Shown here piece by piece: positions 63,601-64,000 of a stretch of DNA of 64,000 nucleotides (positions are counted from its first letter, which is position 1; each line of letters opens with the position of its first letter). The notes beneath the pieces are model-generated. The model did no database searches, was not told the origin of the DNA, and saw only the letters and a program-made list of their open reading frames with translations. Origin of the DNA: Eledone cirrhosa (Eukaryota); contig OZ024743.1 of assembly GCA_964016885.1 (NCBI GenBank), positions 205,344,001-205,408,000 of the forward strand, read 5' to 3'. The translations under genes were made by a program, and so were the position numbers.

Positions 63601-64000
63601 CGGCAAACGCCAGGCACCAAACACCAAACACCAAGCGCCAAGCACCAAACACCAAACACCAAGCACCAAGCACCAAACACCAAACACCAAGCACCAGTCA
63701 CCAAACACCAAACACCAAGCGCCAAACACCAAACACCAAACACCTATCACCAAGCACCAAGCACCAAACACCAAGCACCAAACACCAAGCACCAAGCACC
63801 AAGCACCAAGCACCAAACACCAATCACCAAGCCCCAAGCACCAAACACCAAGCACCCAGCACCAAACACCAAACACCAAGCACCAAGCACCCAGAACAAA
63901 GCACCAAGCACCAAACACCAAACACCAAGCTCCAAGCACCAAACACCAAACACCAAGCACCAAGCACCAAGCACCAAGCACCGAACACCAAGCACCAAGG
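18691..64000. repeat. Heptamer tandem satellite (CACCAAG/CACCAAA)n, at least 45.3 kb (about 6,470 units), with higher-order repeats
   Basis: Continuous 7-bp period with T rare on the + strand. Duplicated variant blocks occur at offsets 2121, 5838, 5915, 2672, 3358, 4368 and 4571, taken from repeated ORF-track entries, most also checked against rare marker variants. Confidence 0.98.

Noticed and set aside
18691-64000. Hundreds of KHQAPST / VLGAWCL repeat ORFs as a structural protein gene
   Set aside because: Because 7 is coprime with 3, every frame gives the same heptapeptide. Stops are scattered in all frames, there are no unique termini or splice structure, and block offsets are often not multiples of 3.
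18691-64000. Telomeric array (GT/CA strand asymmetry, YTTGGTG)
   Set aside because: No GGG runs or TTAGGG. Heavy variant content copied in kb-scale higher-order blocks indicates recombinational rather than telomerase synthesis.
18691-64000. CRISPR-like or information-storing array
   Set aside because: No unique spacers or cas genes; the variation is point substitution in a tandem monomer in eukaryotic context.

Overview
Eukaryotic repeat-only DNA with no host gene. The SINE-like remnants and RTE/microsatellite style suggest a cephalopod such as Octopus, but this is an inference. Bases 1-1.5 kb hold the 5' part of a minus-strand Ty3/gypsy-type LTR retrotransposon: gag with two zinc knuckles, a G GGA AAC -1 frameshift site with a stem-loop, and an aspartic protease running off the window edge. 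Bases 1.6-2.1 kb are degenerate SINE-like remnants. Bases 2.3-18.5 kb are (TA)/(TG)-rich microsatellites carrying a nest of RTE-clade LINEs: three copies of one family (one with an uninterrupted 1056-aa ORF), a 3' fragment of a second family, a 5' fragment cut by a gap, and two tiny 3'-end fragments. All four RT-containing copies carry a C4HC3 PHD-type finger between the RT core and thumb. An invariant 21-mer occurs in both 5' and 3' UTR positions. After a 200-N gap, 18.7-64 kb is one uninterrupted heptamer satellite (CACCAAR)n with kb-scale higher-order repeats in three layers. Almost all ORFs in the supplied track are repeat artefacts.
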